From a virus, in IMG/VR virus record IMGVR_UViG_3300033388_005634: DNA of 64,000 nucleotides. One strand, given 5' to 3'. This document shows positions 1-9,549 of this stretch, piece after piece; within the stretch, counting starts at the first letter, position 1; each line of letters opens with the position of its first letter. Both the position numbers and the translations under genes were made by a program. Under the pieces are notes generated by a model that had not been told where the DNA came from, did no database searches, and saw only the letters and a program-made list of their open reading frames with translations.

Positions 1-3000
1 TTGATAATGGCGTTTCTCTCGCTGGAGGCCTGAACGATGATCTCATGAGCTGCGATACACTGAAGAGATGACCACGGGGAATCAGACTTTAAATGAGGGA
101 TCATATCTTTCCGCTTCCATGTTAGAATACCTTGCCACCATCCGTCTTTATCGTCTTCTTTGTAAACACGCTGGAGGCCGTATTCCTTTGCCAGCTCACG
201 GACAGCAATGAGGTTCTCTTCATTTTCCGCTGGGTATTCGAGGGCCTTGTTATAACCTTTTACTATCCCACCGAGGCTCCCAAACATGGTGTTTGTATCG
301 AGCACATACTCGTAATAGTTATCTGCATCGGGTACTGGCTTTCCGCCTATCCCTTCTTTTTCAAATGTAAATCCTTTCCCACCGTAAGTATCTATCGTGA
401 ATTCATCATCTGTATCCCACAACATACCCCATGCGCCTATTCGATTAGGGAGTACCCATCCGACGATCCCCCAGCGATTACCAGTGTCGCCAGATACCCA
501 GTTCTCATTTCGGATACGCTTACCGATGAGGGCTGCGGTAAAAGCTACTCCGCCTGTTTTGATCAGGATTCTGGAACTGTTCCCACCGGTATGTACACCT
601 GTATCAGCCTCGAAGCTTGCATTGGCATTAGCATAAAATCTAAACGTTATCTTTGCGATATCACGAATGTCTGGCGTGGAGATCCAGATTGAGAATTCAT
701 CGGTTGGTGTCCCTGACACCTCTACCCAGTCGATACCCATCCAGTTTCCAGTTTTATTCTCCTGCTTGGGAAAGAGGAACCCATCGAGATTAAAGTTGAA
801 GTCATTGTATTCAGTAAGGTCGTCGTTCTGGTTGAAGGTAACTGTCATCGCACCACCAGCATCAACTTGGAGCTGCATGGATGCGAGAGAGTAGTCACCT
901 ATCTTGTATCGGCCATGCGTGTATTCCGGGAAGATTAGCTGGCCTTGGCCGGTTGCCTGACGGGTGAAGTTGGCATAGGCTTGGAAGAGCCAGTCAGAGA
1001 CCGTATCTACTATCCCTCCTTCTTCAAAATAATGGTCGATACCCCGGTTGAAAGCATCGGCAACGATCAGGTCGAGTGGCATAAACTTGTTGATGAGTTT
1101 GGAGGCGGATGCTGGTTGAAACCGGATGTGGTCAATATATAAGATACCAAAAGTATTAAGGTTCAACGGAATACCTACATTGCCAACAAGCATGTAGTCT
1201 ACCGATGTCCAGTCGAAATCTCTGACTGTACCTTCAATAACTGTACTGCTAGTCTCAAATTCCTGCTTATGGATATGACGCTGCTGAACGTTCTTCAGAT
1301 CACCGAATACTGTGAATGTACCCTCTGCGGTCTCCCCAGCAGTATCATAAAATTTTATCACCGTTACTACGGTTCCAAGAGCAGAAATATCTCCACAAAC
1401 ATCGAATACACAGATATCAGATCCGTCTACATCCGTCCCTTCACCGTATACTGATAAGTCCTTTGTTCCGGCCCAATCATACTTTGCGGTAACACCAGAT
1501 GGGATTACCTTACAAGAGACTCCTTCTGTTGCATAGACATAGTTGTTTTCGATTGCCGCTCCACCTATATTTCTTACCCACGACTCGATTGCATCACAGG
1601 TAGCTACTTGAAGAGAGAGCTCAGATGGGAGTGGTGGGGTTTTGAGCAGGCGGATGTTGTCAACTGTGATACGAGCTGGGTTAGATCCTGTTGTCTCGGC
1701 ATTGGACTGGATATGGATCTTGATATAGTTGATAGTTGCCCAGTCATCGAGATTATCTGGATCTATGTCGATAAACCATGCTTTCCTAAACCGACCAAAG
1801 AAGAGCTTGTTACTATATGGGTTCATTGCCCACTCAGCCAGCATGGTTCGTTGGATCATGTCAAAATGGTCCATATCGGAGTCAGTGTAGATTGTGACGT
1901 GAAAACCTTTTGAGAAATCACCGGATGCATCAGGAGCAACGGATGAGAGTTCAAACGCTACCTCATCAATATCTATCTTGGTAAAGCGGAAGATGTCTAT
2001 TGCGATATAGTCATTGAGAGTTGAGCGGGATCCCATTGTGTAGGCATCGGGAACAACATCCTGCCAGTCGTTATCAGTCCCACCAGTGAGCTCAGATGTA
2101 ATCACTTGAGTCGTACTATTGACCTGAAGGATAACGGCTGTAGATCCGTCTGTTACGTTTTCTATCTGAAGGCCGATGTGAGCTGTTGTAAATGTGGCAG
2201 CTGAATCATTAAGCGTAACCCCATCTGTCGTCCCTGTTGTGACTGTTCCTCCCCCAGCGTCTATCTGGTAGAACCATTCGAGGTTGAGAGTAGCTGGGAG
2301 ATGGTAGACACCTATAAGTGTCTTGCCAGCTGAGAAATCAGACTGTTCGAGGGTGAGCCCGAAGTCCCCTTCTGTGTGCCGCTCAAATCCACCGTCTAGG
2401 AAGTGACGGACCATATTGGTCTCCCCATCTGTATAAAACGTCCATTCATCAGCTCCCGGTGGATGGTCAGCCTCAGTTTTGGTTTCCATATAGGCTATTT
2501 CGAGTTCAGGATCAGCATCTGGGATCCCAGCTTCATAGACCTGAGAGTCCTCCTTCTTGATCATAAGGACTGGTTCTTTCTGGTTCGTGTAATACGTCCG
2601 ATCCTTGAGCTGCTCGAAGTTCCCCTGAACGCCTGCTGTGAGTGTAATCCCGGGTGGAAGGGGAAGGGTATTCCATTGGGTCCCGCTCCATTTTCGTAAG
2701 GTTGCGTTTGAGGCTCCATCTACAGCTGCGTAGAATTCCTTGAGCTCAGCTTCCAATGCAGTGAGGCCATAGTACCGGTGGAGTGCTAAGATCCGGTAGC
2801 CTACATCATCCTCTACTTGAAGAGAGGTGATATTAGTCCCATCAAGAGTAGACAGCTCATTTGTTATCCCCTCCCTCACCTCAAGATTGCCGTTATGGAT
2901 AAGGTAATTCTCCAGTTCATATAAGATCCCGGGTGATCGCTTGACAATGGCAGAGTCTCTTCTGTCCACGCCAAACGGCCCGGTTATGTGGTATAAGTCT

Positions 3001-3011
3001 TGTTTAGGCAT
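1..3011 (-). CDS. large fibre/baseplate-like virion protein, C-terminus beyond left window edge (>1003 codons)
   Basis: Own translation. The ATG at 3011-3009 shares its A with the TAA of the upstream gene (TAATG). The frame stays open to nt 1 (MPKQDLYHITGPFGVDRRDSAIVKRSPGILYELENYL...). It is absent from the ORF track because no stop lies in the window. Listed + ORFs 132-2699 are its antisense shadows. Function assigned only from size and position in the late operon. Confidence 0.6.
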   Translation of the reverse strand, partial: MPKQDLYHITGPFGVDRRDSAIVKRSPGILYELENYLIHNGNLEVREGITNELSTLDGTNITSLQVEDDVGYRILALHRYYGLTALEAELKEFYAAVDGASNATLRKWSGTQWNTLPLPPGITLTAGVQGNFEQLKDRTYYTNQKEPVLMIKKEDSQVYEAGIPDADPELEIAYMETKTEADHPPGADEWTFYTDGETNMVRHFLDGGFERHTEGDFGLTLEQSDFSAGKTLIGVYHLPATLNLEWFYQIDAGGGTVTTGTTDGVTLNDSAATFTTAHIGLQIENVTDGSTAVILQVNSTTQVITSELTGGTDNDWQDVVPDAYTMGSRSTLNDYIAIDIFRFTKIDIDEVAFELSSVAPDASGDFSKGFHVTIYTDSDMDHFDMIQRTMLAEWAMNPYSNKLFFGRFRKAWFIDIDPDNLDDWATINYIKIHIQSNAETTGSNPARITVDNIRLLKTPPLPSELSLQVATCDAIESWVRNIGGAAIENNYVYATEGVSCKVIPSGVTAKYDWAGTKDLSVYGEGTDVDGSDICVFDVCGDISALGTVVTVIKFYDTAGETAEGTFTVFGDLKNVQQRHIHKQEFETSSTVIEGTVRDFDWTSVDYMLVGNVGIPLNLNTFGILYIDHIRFQPASASKLINKFMPLDLIVADAFNRGIDHYFEEGGIVDTVSDWLFQAYANFTRQATGQGQLIFPEYTHGRYKIGDYSLASMQLQVDAGGAMTVTFNQNDDLTEYNDFNFNLDGFLFPKQENKTGNWMGIDWVEVSGTPTDEFSIWISTPDIRDIAKITFRFYANANASFEADTGVHTGGNSSRILIKTGGVAFTAALIGKRIRNENWVSGDTGNRWGIVGWVLPNRIGAWGMLWDTDDEFTIDTYGGKGFTFEKEGIGGKPVPDADNYYEYVLDTNTMFGSLGGIVKGYNKALEYPAENEENLIAVRELAKEYGLQRVYKEDDKDGWWQGILTWKRKDMIPHLKSDSPWSSLQCIAAHEIIVQASSERNAII

Positions 3012-3901
3012 TAGCTTCTCACCCTATGATGTTGTGAGTAAGTTGAAGGAGATATTGTCCTCCCCATGTATCCACGGACTAATTGACCAACCTGCTTCTT
3101 CGCACGAGCAAGCTCATTGATATAGAGAGTATCATAACGGTCAGACTTTGTTTTGGTTAGAGCAGCGCTATCAGCTTGATTGGCTTTGAGGTATGCTATG
3201 ATCGCAACTCGATAGATAATGAGATATGGGAATTCAGCAGCGATTACACTTTCGGTAGTGGGAGCAGCCATAGCAGTTTCTTTGTAGACATATGGGATTG
3301 TTCCAGCCCGATTGATCGCATAGGTATCATCAGCTGAAAAGACATCCCCTGTTCCACCAGCAAGAGTAACTGTGAGTTCTGTTGCACTTGTGATGGCGGT
3401 TATCAGGCCATTACTCCCATCTGTGATATTCCGGATTGAGTAGCCCACGTAATCACTTATGAAAGCAGCGGAACTGTCGATAAGAGTGGTGAGACCGGAT
3501 CCAGCTGTTGCGGTACCGGATGCCTGAACTTTTGGTGGTGGATAGAGTGAGAGCTTATCACGAAACCGGATGTAATAATGCTCGGGCTGATCGATACCAT
3601 CGGCAGTCAGGAAGTCGGGGTATTGAGTTTCTAACCATTTTATCCCACGTTTCTTGAGCTCTTTATTATTGAAGAATGGGAGGAGGAGAGGATGGAGTTT
3701 TATGAAATCGCTATCATAGGAATAGTCAGCCTGTTCTTCTACCCCGTGGAGGATCTGCTCCTGCCATGGGTAATTGAGATCTTTTGTTGCCTCGAACGAT
3801 GCGTCATTTGCCCAGTCTGTGAGCTCATCATCCTTGACAAAGTTTTCTCGTGGCTCTCTGATAATTGACCTGACTCTTTTTCTTATCTCGCTTAGTACCA
3901 T
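3011..3901 (-). CDS. virion structural protein, function unknown (296 aa)
   Basis: ORF track. TAATG stop/start overlap with the downstream fibre ORF. Shares a ~60-aa module (L-x-DS-x-A-x-F ... N-[IV]-TDGS ... L-x-GG) with that ORF. Confidence 0.55.
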   Translation of the reverse strand: MVLSEIRKRVRSIIREPRENFVKDDELTDWANDASFEATKDLNYPWQEQILHGVEEQADYSYDSDFIKLHPLLLPFFNNKELKKRGIKWLETQYPDFLTADGIDQPEHYYIRFRDKLSLYPPPKVQASGTATAGSGLTTLIDSSAAFISDYVGYSIRNITDGSNGLITAITSATELTVTLAGGTGDVFSADDTYAINRAGTIPYVYKETAMAAPTTESVIAAEFPYLIIYRVAIIAYLKANQADSAALTKTKSDRYDTLYINELARAKKQVGQLVRGYMGRTISPSTYSQHHRVRS

Positions 3902-3920
3902 TTTGCGCCTCCAAGAAGAA

Positions 3921-3969
3921 AAGAGGATAGAGAAAGCCTGTTTGAAGGTGAACTTGTCCCTATCCTCTT
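3921..3969 (-). terminator. long-loop hairpin with T-rich tail between late genes
   Basis: 10-bp inverted repeat AAGAGGATAG (3921-3930) / CTATCCTCTT (3960-3969) with a 29-nt loop. On the minus strand it is followed by TTCTTCTT. Not a canonical intrinsic terminator because the loop is large. Confidence 0.3.
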
Positions 3970-4015
3970 CGTTGTTAGTGGCTTTCGTTTAAGTTTGTTG
4001 TATAGGCTCTACTCC

Positions 4016-4981
4016 TTACGACATTGCAGGTGCGTCAATCTGAGCTGTACCGTTCTCACTAATCCAGTTATTAAGAACTCTTCCTGTTGATGCCTGGGCA
4101 ATAGCAGAAGCGGTATCTGCACAGATTCGGTTATCTATAACCATAACCCTTGCAGAATTTTCAACTTCGATACCTTCTCCTGTTACTCCAGTTGCAGCTT
4201 GTGCACTATCGATAACATTTCCTCTGATAATGGTATGGACAGCAGTATCGACGGCAACATTAAGGGTGATACCACTTAACTCTGCAAAGATGTCATTATA
4301 CTCGATTTTTGTGCCGATACAGAAATGATGACCATCACCAGTCGTCCCAGCTAAAGTACCGAGTTTAATCCCATACTGAAACTCACTAGCAGCTCCGTTC
4401 CATGTGCCAATATGGTTTCTCCTGATGATGCTATAATCCATGTGAGCATCCGTAGCTACGTCCGTTTCAGGACCAATTTGAAGCCCAGTGATACAGGCAG
4501 CAGCTTGCCCTGAAAAGTGACAGTCTTCGATGATGCTGTATCGCATATTGCCTAAATGAACAGCAGGCAAGGTTGGAGCACCAGAAGCCGCACTCATAAA
4601 GGTAATATTCTTGAACATAGCACCCGACATATCGCCTGTATAAGCAGTGGTGGTTCCAGGGTAGACCATAACCGCCTGCCACGGATGACCGGTATTGCAA
4701 CCAATCAACGATACGTTTGTCAAATTCCCCGTGAGGATTTCTGTATAATTACCGGGAGCAATGTAGATGATATCACCAAGGCCGCTTGTGTTGGCAATCT
4801 GGGTAGTAATAGCTTTTTGGATAGTTTTGAAGGCTTGAGTTGGAAGCAATCCACTATTCCCATCGCTTCCATTCGTTGTATCCACAAACCATATCGTGCC
4901 CAAAATTACACTATCTGCTGCTCCACCTGTTACTGGAACACCGAAACTCGTTATCCCGTTAGGGAAGTGGGTATAGCTCAT
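4016..4981 (-). CDS. right-handed parallel beta-helix (pectate-lyase-fold) protein, tailspike/depolymerase-like
   Basis: ORF track 4016-5011. I prefer the ATG at 4981 (MSYTHFPNG...) because AGGAGAAAG lies 7 nt upstream. Periodic beta-helix rungs: IIEDCHFSG, IIRRNHIG, IEYNDIF, IIRGNVID, VIDNRICAD. Confidence 0.55.
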   Translation of the reverse strand: MSYTHFPNGITSFGVPVTGGAADSVILGTIWFVDTTNGSDGNSGLLPTQAFKTIQKAITTQIANTSGLGDIIYIAPGNYTEILTGNLTNVSLIGCNTGHPWQAVMVYPGTTTAYTGDMSGAMFKNITFMSAASGAPTLPAVHLGNMRYSIIEDCHFSGQAAACITGLQIGPETDVATDAHMDYSIIRRNHIGTWNGAASEFQYGIKLGTLAGTTGDGHHFCIGTKIEYNDIFAELSGITLNVAVDTAVHTIIRGNVIDSAQAATGVTGEGIEVENSARVMVIDNRICADTASAIAQASTGRVLNNWISENGTAQIDAPAMS

Positions 4982-5077
4982 AATCTTTCTCCTAGCAATA
5001 GGAACACCCAAGTATAATGCTTGGCTGCCCGGGAGAATAAGTGGTGACTAGACCACCGCACTCCCGCTTACCCGTTG

Positions 5078-5293
5078 TTATTTGGCGTAATCGCCCCTTC
5101 TGTGCTCATCTTCCCCGTAAGGACGATCAAAGCATAAATGACAGTAATACTTTTCCTCATCACCTACTCTTACCATCTCATCGATCCACCACTGTTGCCC
5201 GCATCTTGCGCATGTCCTAGTCCGCTTACCTTGTGGATAAGGGATTGGGACGGATTCTGCATCTAACTTTTCTTTAGTATAATCAGTTCCCAT
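5078..5293 (-). CDS. small zinc-ribbon protein (71 aa)
   Basis: ORF track. CARCGQ...CHLCF gives two CxxC pairs. Overlaps the end of the upstream glycosyltransferase gene. Confidence 0.45.
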   Translation of the reverse strand: MGTDYTKEKLDAESVPIPYPQGKRTRTCARCGQQWWIDEMVRVGDEEKYYCHLCFDRPYGEDEHRRGDYAK

Positions 5294-6581
5294 GTGGTTG
5301 ACTTCCTATTGCAACAAGCAAAGGAGAACCTCCTCCTCCACCTATTAACCGTGGCGTTTGCTTTACTGTTACGTCAGAGAAAACCTTTTTCATAACTCCC
5401 TTAAGCGAACTGGCATCATAAACCCGCTGATGTTCAAGCTTTGACATATGCCCTATGTTCTCACTGGGAACACCAACAATCACCTTTCCCTTTTTTGTCT
5501 TCAGTAAAGATGCCAGCTTCTCAATAAAAGCAACATCATCTATCATGTGCTCCAGAAGATGCGAAGAGATAACGTGATCAAACATTTTCCCATCTACCTG
5601 ATGTGTCCTAAAGTCTGCTACCTCTCCATCAAACCCCCTCCTCTTAACCTCTTTGATAGCTGTTTGAGAAAAATCAAAGCCATAGCACGAGCAGTTCCTT
5701 TCCTTTTTCAACATAGTCATTAAAAAGCCGGGACCACATCCCACTTCAGCTACCGACGAACCCTTTGGTATTTGAGCGCAGATATATTCCCACTCACCGG
5801 GATAAACTCTCTTTAGCCCCTGCACTTTATTTGCAAAATGCCGCTCTTCCCAATACCCTGACTCACGAGTATCTTCCTTAGCTATCTTATAAGATACACC
5901 ATCTACATCTGCCGCATAGTACGATCTAACCCACAAATCGTTAACATGAACCGATCCGACATGATCGCACTGGACAAGAGTATCAACGTAGACTTTATAG
6001 CCAGCCTTCTTTGCATCTTCACAAAAAAGGATATCATGACCTTTTTGCCTCTCCCCCAGCTCCCGGTCCCACTTATCATAAAAGCAGGGGAACCTCATCT
6101 TTTCAAACACGTCCATGTCTACCATAAGGCACCCTATCCCACACCAGTCAACTTCAACGAGATGATCTTGATTGTCGGGAAAAGGTGAGTATTCTTCCTT
6201 CCATCCCTCTCCGGTACTACCAACATATTTAAACCTCTTTTTCTTCTTGACTTTCCAACCAGCTACCGGACTATAAGGAGGTTTCTTCAGATAATACGTA
6301 CCAGACACGATAGGAAGATCCCGATCAAGCAGTTTAGGGATCGTATCAAACGGGAACTCCATATCGATGTCAAGAAACAGTATCTTCTCACACTTCCACT
6401 TCCACGCTTCTTTAACTATAGTATTCAAGGAAGCAGACTTCACCGAAGCCTGCCCCCTGATTACTATATGCTGGTTAGGTTTTGCAAGCCCGATAAAGTT
6501 CCAGAAAAACGAGCTGTCTACTTTATCTTGGTTGTTACAAAGCCCAATACATATTTTACAGTCCTGCCATGCTTTCTTCAA
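5283..6581 (-). CDS. fusion protein: GT-A (family 2-like) glycosyltransferase + class I SAM-dependent methyltransferase
   Basis: N-terminal half has a DxD-type LFLDIDMEF motif and CGIGCLMVDMDVFEKMRFPCF, typical of GT2. C-terminal half has methyltransferase motif I VAEVGCGPGF and FDHVISSHLLEHM. Confidence 0.65.
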   Translation of the reverse strand: MKKAWQDCKICIGLCNNQDKVDSSFFWNFIGLAKPNQHIVIRGQASVKSASLNTIVKEAWKWKCEKILFLDIDMEFPFDTIPKLLDRDLPIVSGTYYLKKPPYSPVAGWKVKKKKRFKYVGSTGEGWKEEYSPFPDNQDHLVEVDWCGIGCLMVDMDVFEKMRFPCFYDKWDRELGERQKGHDILFCEDAKKAGYKVYVDTLVQCDHVGSVHVNDLWVRSYYAADVDGVSYKIAKEDTRESGYWEERHFANKVQGLKRVYPGEWEYICAQIPKGSSVAEVGCGPGFLMTMLKKERNCSCYGFDFSQTAIKEVKRRGFDGEVADFRTHQVDGKMFDHVISSHLLEHMIDDVAFIEKLASLLKTKKGKVIVGVPSENIGHMSKLEHQRVYDASSLKGVMKKVFSDVTVKQTPRLIGGGGGSPLLVAIGSQPHGN

Positions 6582-6593
6582 AGTGCCCCCTTA

Positions 6594-7133
6594 TTAGATG
6601 GCTTTGCGCTTCTCAGAAAGGTGTTTGTTAAGCACCACTAGATAGCGAGCATGAGCTAGGGTCATATCGTTACCCACTAGATTATAGTACCCTACAATCT
6701 TAAGCGGGTCAGCAGTACCGGTTGAAATAGCGTCGTAATCAATTTCAGCCGATGACTGCCCACTAGCCGTAGTTCCTGCTTCTGGATTAGCAGCAAAAGG
6801 ACAGGTTGCACCTATTTTTGCTTGAGCCGTGGTTGATCCCGGATCTGTAGTTCCATCTGACTGTGCCTCAAATACAGTATCAGGATCATCATAAACCCCA
6901 ATATCCGCCGCCGGGTCAGTGCCGGCAGCTACGTAACTAGCAGCGATACCGATAACATTATCAGCACCACCAGTAGTTTTAAGAGCAGCAACATTCCCAG
7001 CGGTCCGAAGGACTACCGGCCCTCCTCGAAAAATAGCAGAAGTAATTGTTGCTTTGTATTGAGTCATGCGAGGAGTATCGTGAAACCTCGACATAACCGG
7101 AGTTAATCCATGAGCGTGATCTACATTAGCCAT
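6594..7133 (-). CDS. head decoration-like protein (179 aa)
   Basis: ORF track. Gly/Ala/Thr-rich beta-type sequence (GGPVVLRTAGNVAAL...VIGIAASYVAAG...VFEAQSDG) resembling DUF2190/decoration proteins. Lies next to the capsid gene apart from the inserted homing endonuclease. Confidence 0.4.
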   Translation of the reverse strand: MANVDHAHGLTPVMSRFHDTPRMTQYKATITSAIFRGGPVVLRTAGNVAALKTTGGADNVIGIAASYVAAGTDPAADIGVYDDPDTVFEAQSDGTTDPGSTTAQAKIGATCPFAANPEAGTTASGQSSAEIDYDAISTGTADPLKIVGYYNLVGNDMTLAHARYLVVLNKHLSEKRKAI

Positions 7134-7259
7134 GTTAGTACCTCTTGAAACGTATCCTGAACTTGACAGGGTTATTATTCTTGGGCCACCTGCCAGACCG
7201 AGGGTACTAGGTTTAACTACTAATTTGCTACTAATCTGTGAGAATTAGTATTTACTAGA

Positions 7260-7952
7260 TTAAATCGTAGGGAGATAAGTAACCTTCCCACGAAAGTTTA
7301 AAAGCTTTGCCCTATTATAAAGAAAAGTTAGTCGCTCTAACAGTGGTGGAGTGTAGTTCCTGTAATTATTGTCTTTAATAATCTTTAGGTATTCCAACAA
7401 CACCAAAGCGTGTTCTTTTTTTATAATAAGGTACTCCTTAATTTGAGGCAAAACATGCCGTACTTGGTTGGGAGTTAATTTAAGACGATAAAGAGTTTTG
7501 TGTTTATTATTTTCCCTCTTTTCCTTCCCAATTCGTCCGTTTCCAAGCATATCTCTTACTTTGTTTATTACTTCAATATTTGTGTTACTCACTTCAAACC
7601 TCGAATGATAACTCATACCACCAGCATACGGAGATGTATAATTTTTGCCTATTCCAATAGTACCTTCTCCATCCCAAAATCCAGCGACATAAGCACATTC
7701 CACATCAGACATTATTCTATCTGTTTTTAGGTTATTCCCTTTTAAAGAACGAAAATATTTAGCTCTTTCAAGGTACTTTTCCCGATTGGCCTCATAGCGT
7801 TCTTGCTTCTTTTGAAGAATGAGTTCTCGTTTAAGATTATAATCATTCTTCCTTCTACATTCTCTTGAACAATAAAGCCGGTTCCAGTTTTCACCTTTTA
7901 CCTCAAATTCCTTTCCACATTTTTGATACTTGCACTTTCTTATTTCTTTCAT
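7260..7952 (-). CDS. free-standing LAGLIDADG homing endonuclease with N-terminal Cys4 zinc module
   Basis: Single LAGLIDADG motif YVAGFWDGEGTIGI followed by an I-CreI-like core (FEVSNTNIEVINKVRDMLGNG...YRLKLT). N-terminal CKYQKCG...YCSRECRRKN. Visibly more AT-rich than the flanking capsid genes (not computed). Confidence 0.75.
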   Translation of the reverse strand: MKEIRKCKYQKCGKEFEVKGENWNRLYCSRECRRKNDYNLKRELILQKKQERYEANREKYLERAKYFRSLKGNNLKTDRIMSDVECAYVAGFWDGEGTIGIGKNYTSPYAGGMSYHSRFEVSNTNIEVINKVRDMLGNGRIGKEKRENNKHKTLYRLKLTPNQVRHVLPQIKEYLIIKKEHALVLLEYLKIIKDNNYRNYTPPLLERLTFLYNRAKLLNFRGKVTYLPTI

Positions 7953-7987
7953 CTGACACCTCCTATGTTGGGTTAATAATTATATCC

Positions 7988-8016
7988 ATTATACCAACAA
8001 TTTTTAGAGATGTCAA
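7988..8016 (-). promoter_or_regulatory. consensus sigma70-type promoter driving the homing endonuclease
   Basis: Minus strand reads TTGACA (8016-8011), a 17-nt spacer, then TATAAT (7993-7988). AGGAGGTG Shine-Dalgarno lies before the ATG at 7952. Confidence 0.6.
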
Positions 8017-8049
8017 ATGTACTGTAACCACAGGCGTCTACAAGATTAA

Positions 8050-8979
8050 CTATCCACCGGAGGTTCCGTAAGTCCCCTTGTAGTCTGCCCATCCACATGA
8101 GTATCTCATATAGATGTAGTAGAGAAGGTTATCAGTCAGGTCTTCTGTTGTCATCTTCGTTCGGGGTTTCTCCCTCCAAACAAACTTCACCTGATGATCG
8201 CTATTGGCAGCCAAGAGGAACCAAGCGTCTGCATCAACACTACCCAACCAGTAAGGCCAGACAACCATGTTGATTTCAGTTGCCTTGCGAAGTGCGTTGA
8301 TAGCGTTGTTTGCATCTTCAGGGTACTTCTCAGACTGGAGCAGCTCGATAGCTTTCTGCTGGAGCTGATGAGGGATCAGGAGAGTCTTTGGAGACTTAAC
8401 CCACGGAAGACCGGATTCATTTGTCACTTCATAGAAGGCGTTTACTGCTGCCCACAGAGAAGTGGCGGTGAGGTCTGCATCAGTTGATGGCCTGTTTGCC
8501 TGAGTTCCACCGGTTTTGAGATCATGAGTGGTATCAAACAGGTACTCAGCAGACGAACGGTTAGAAGATTGATAAGTGGGAACTGCTGCAAACCCGTTAG
8601 TGAATATACGGGATGCGTGGTAATTGATGGTAGCTTCAGCTGACTCTCTCATTGAGCCCGGGAATTGACGAATTACACCATATCTCTCATCGGCCTGAGC
8701 CTCATGAGTGATTGTGGAGTACATCCCATACGCAATGTGTTCCAGCTCGGTCCACCATGCCTCACCAGCATCAACGCTGGTATAAGCAGCACCCTCATTC
8801 TTTTGGGTTAACAATGGATATCCTTTGATGGTCATATATTTCTTGAACTGACTATCGTGGGACTCCATGTTAAAAACCTGTGAGATTACGCTGTCTGGCT
8901 GAGCAAATTCCCATGGAGTGAATAAGACTTCATCCAGTCCAGCTTTCATCAGGTTTTCGTTATTGGCACGAATAATCAT
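8050..8979 (-). CDS. major capsid protein (HK97-fold type, Mu gpT-like by eye)
   Basis: 309 aa. Lies directly downstream of two scaffold-like ORFs and the portal. Size and sequence character are typical of major head proteins. No search run. Confidence 0.6.
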   Translation of the reverse strand: MIIRANNENLMKAGLDEVLFTPWEFAQPDSVISQVFNMESHDSQFKKYMTIKGYPLLTQKNEGAAYTSVDAGEAWWTELEHIAYGMYSTITHEAQADERYGVIRQFPGSMRESAEATINYHASRIFTNGFAAVPTYQSSNRSSAEYLFDTTHDLKTGGTQANRPSTDADLTATSLWAAVNAFYEVTNESGLPWVKSPKTLLIPHQLQQKAIELLQSEKYPEDANNAINALRKATEINMVVWPYWLGSVDADAWFLLAANSDHQVKFVWREKPRTKMTTEDLTDNLLYYIYMRYSCGWADYKGTYGTSGG

Positions 8980-8982
8980 CGT

Positions 8983-9549
8983 CTACCTCCTGTCTTTGAC
9001 GCTATCGAACAAATCCTTAAACGCTTTTATCCCGCCTTTTCCACTCCGTTGCATTGCTGCGTTAAGCTCACGGACATCCGACTCAATCTTATCTGCCATC
9101 ATGCGAGATTTGGCATCACGGCCTTCCATAATCTTCTTACGGTTCTCCATAGATGTCCTCATCATAATATGACCCGGAATATTGGTAAGTGTATCAACAG
9201 GCTGAGATTCCATGCGGTTAAGGAGCTCTTTAGCCATCTGTGCGTTTTCTTTGGTTGTATTTGGGTCGTACATAGTCTTCTTAAGGAATTCCCGTTGGTT
9301 GCCAACTCGCTTGGCTGCTTCAGAACTGCTGGCAGCCGGATCGATTTCATAACCTTTCCTTTTGAGTTCCTGAACCCGACGAGGTTTATTCTCCGCCCAA
9401 TGATAATGCATGTTTGGATCCTTCCCTTCGTACCGGAAAAAGTCTTCAGTCTCAGGAGGTGGGTTATTACCAGCTTTTATCTCTGGCGTATCGGCTGGCT
9501 TAGTGAACTTTCCTTTGTCAGACCTAACACTGTGTTTTTCCATTTTCAC
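8983..9549 (-). CDS. head assembly/scaffold-like protein (188 aa)
   Basis: ORF track. Charged, helical-looking sequence immediately upstream of the capsid gene. Overlaps the preceding ORF by 4 nt. Confidence 0.35.
   Translation of the reverse strand: MKMEKHSVRSDKGKFTKPADTPEIKAGNNPPPETEDFFRYEGKDPNMHYHWAENKPRRVQELKRKGYEIDPAASSSEAAKRVGNQREFLKKTMYDPNTTKENAQMAKELLNRMESQPVDTLTNIPGHIMMRTSMENRKKIMEGRDAKSRMMADKIESDVRELNAAMQRSGKGGIKAFKDLFDSVKDRR

Noticed and set aside
132-2699. Seven plus-strand track ORFs (132-692, 397-636, 667-894, 945-1142, 1269-1454, 1608-1913, 2403-2699).
   Set aside because: They lie antisense to a single minus-strand frame that I translated without a stop from 3011 to 1. They lack Shine-Dalgarno sequences and look compositionally odd. 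I treat them as shadow ORFs.
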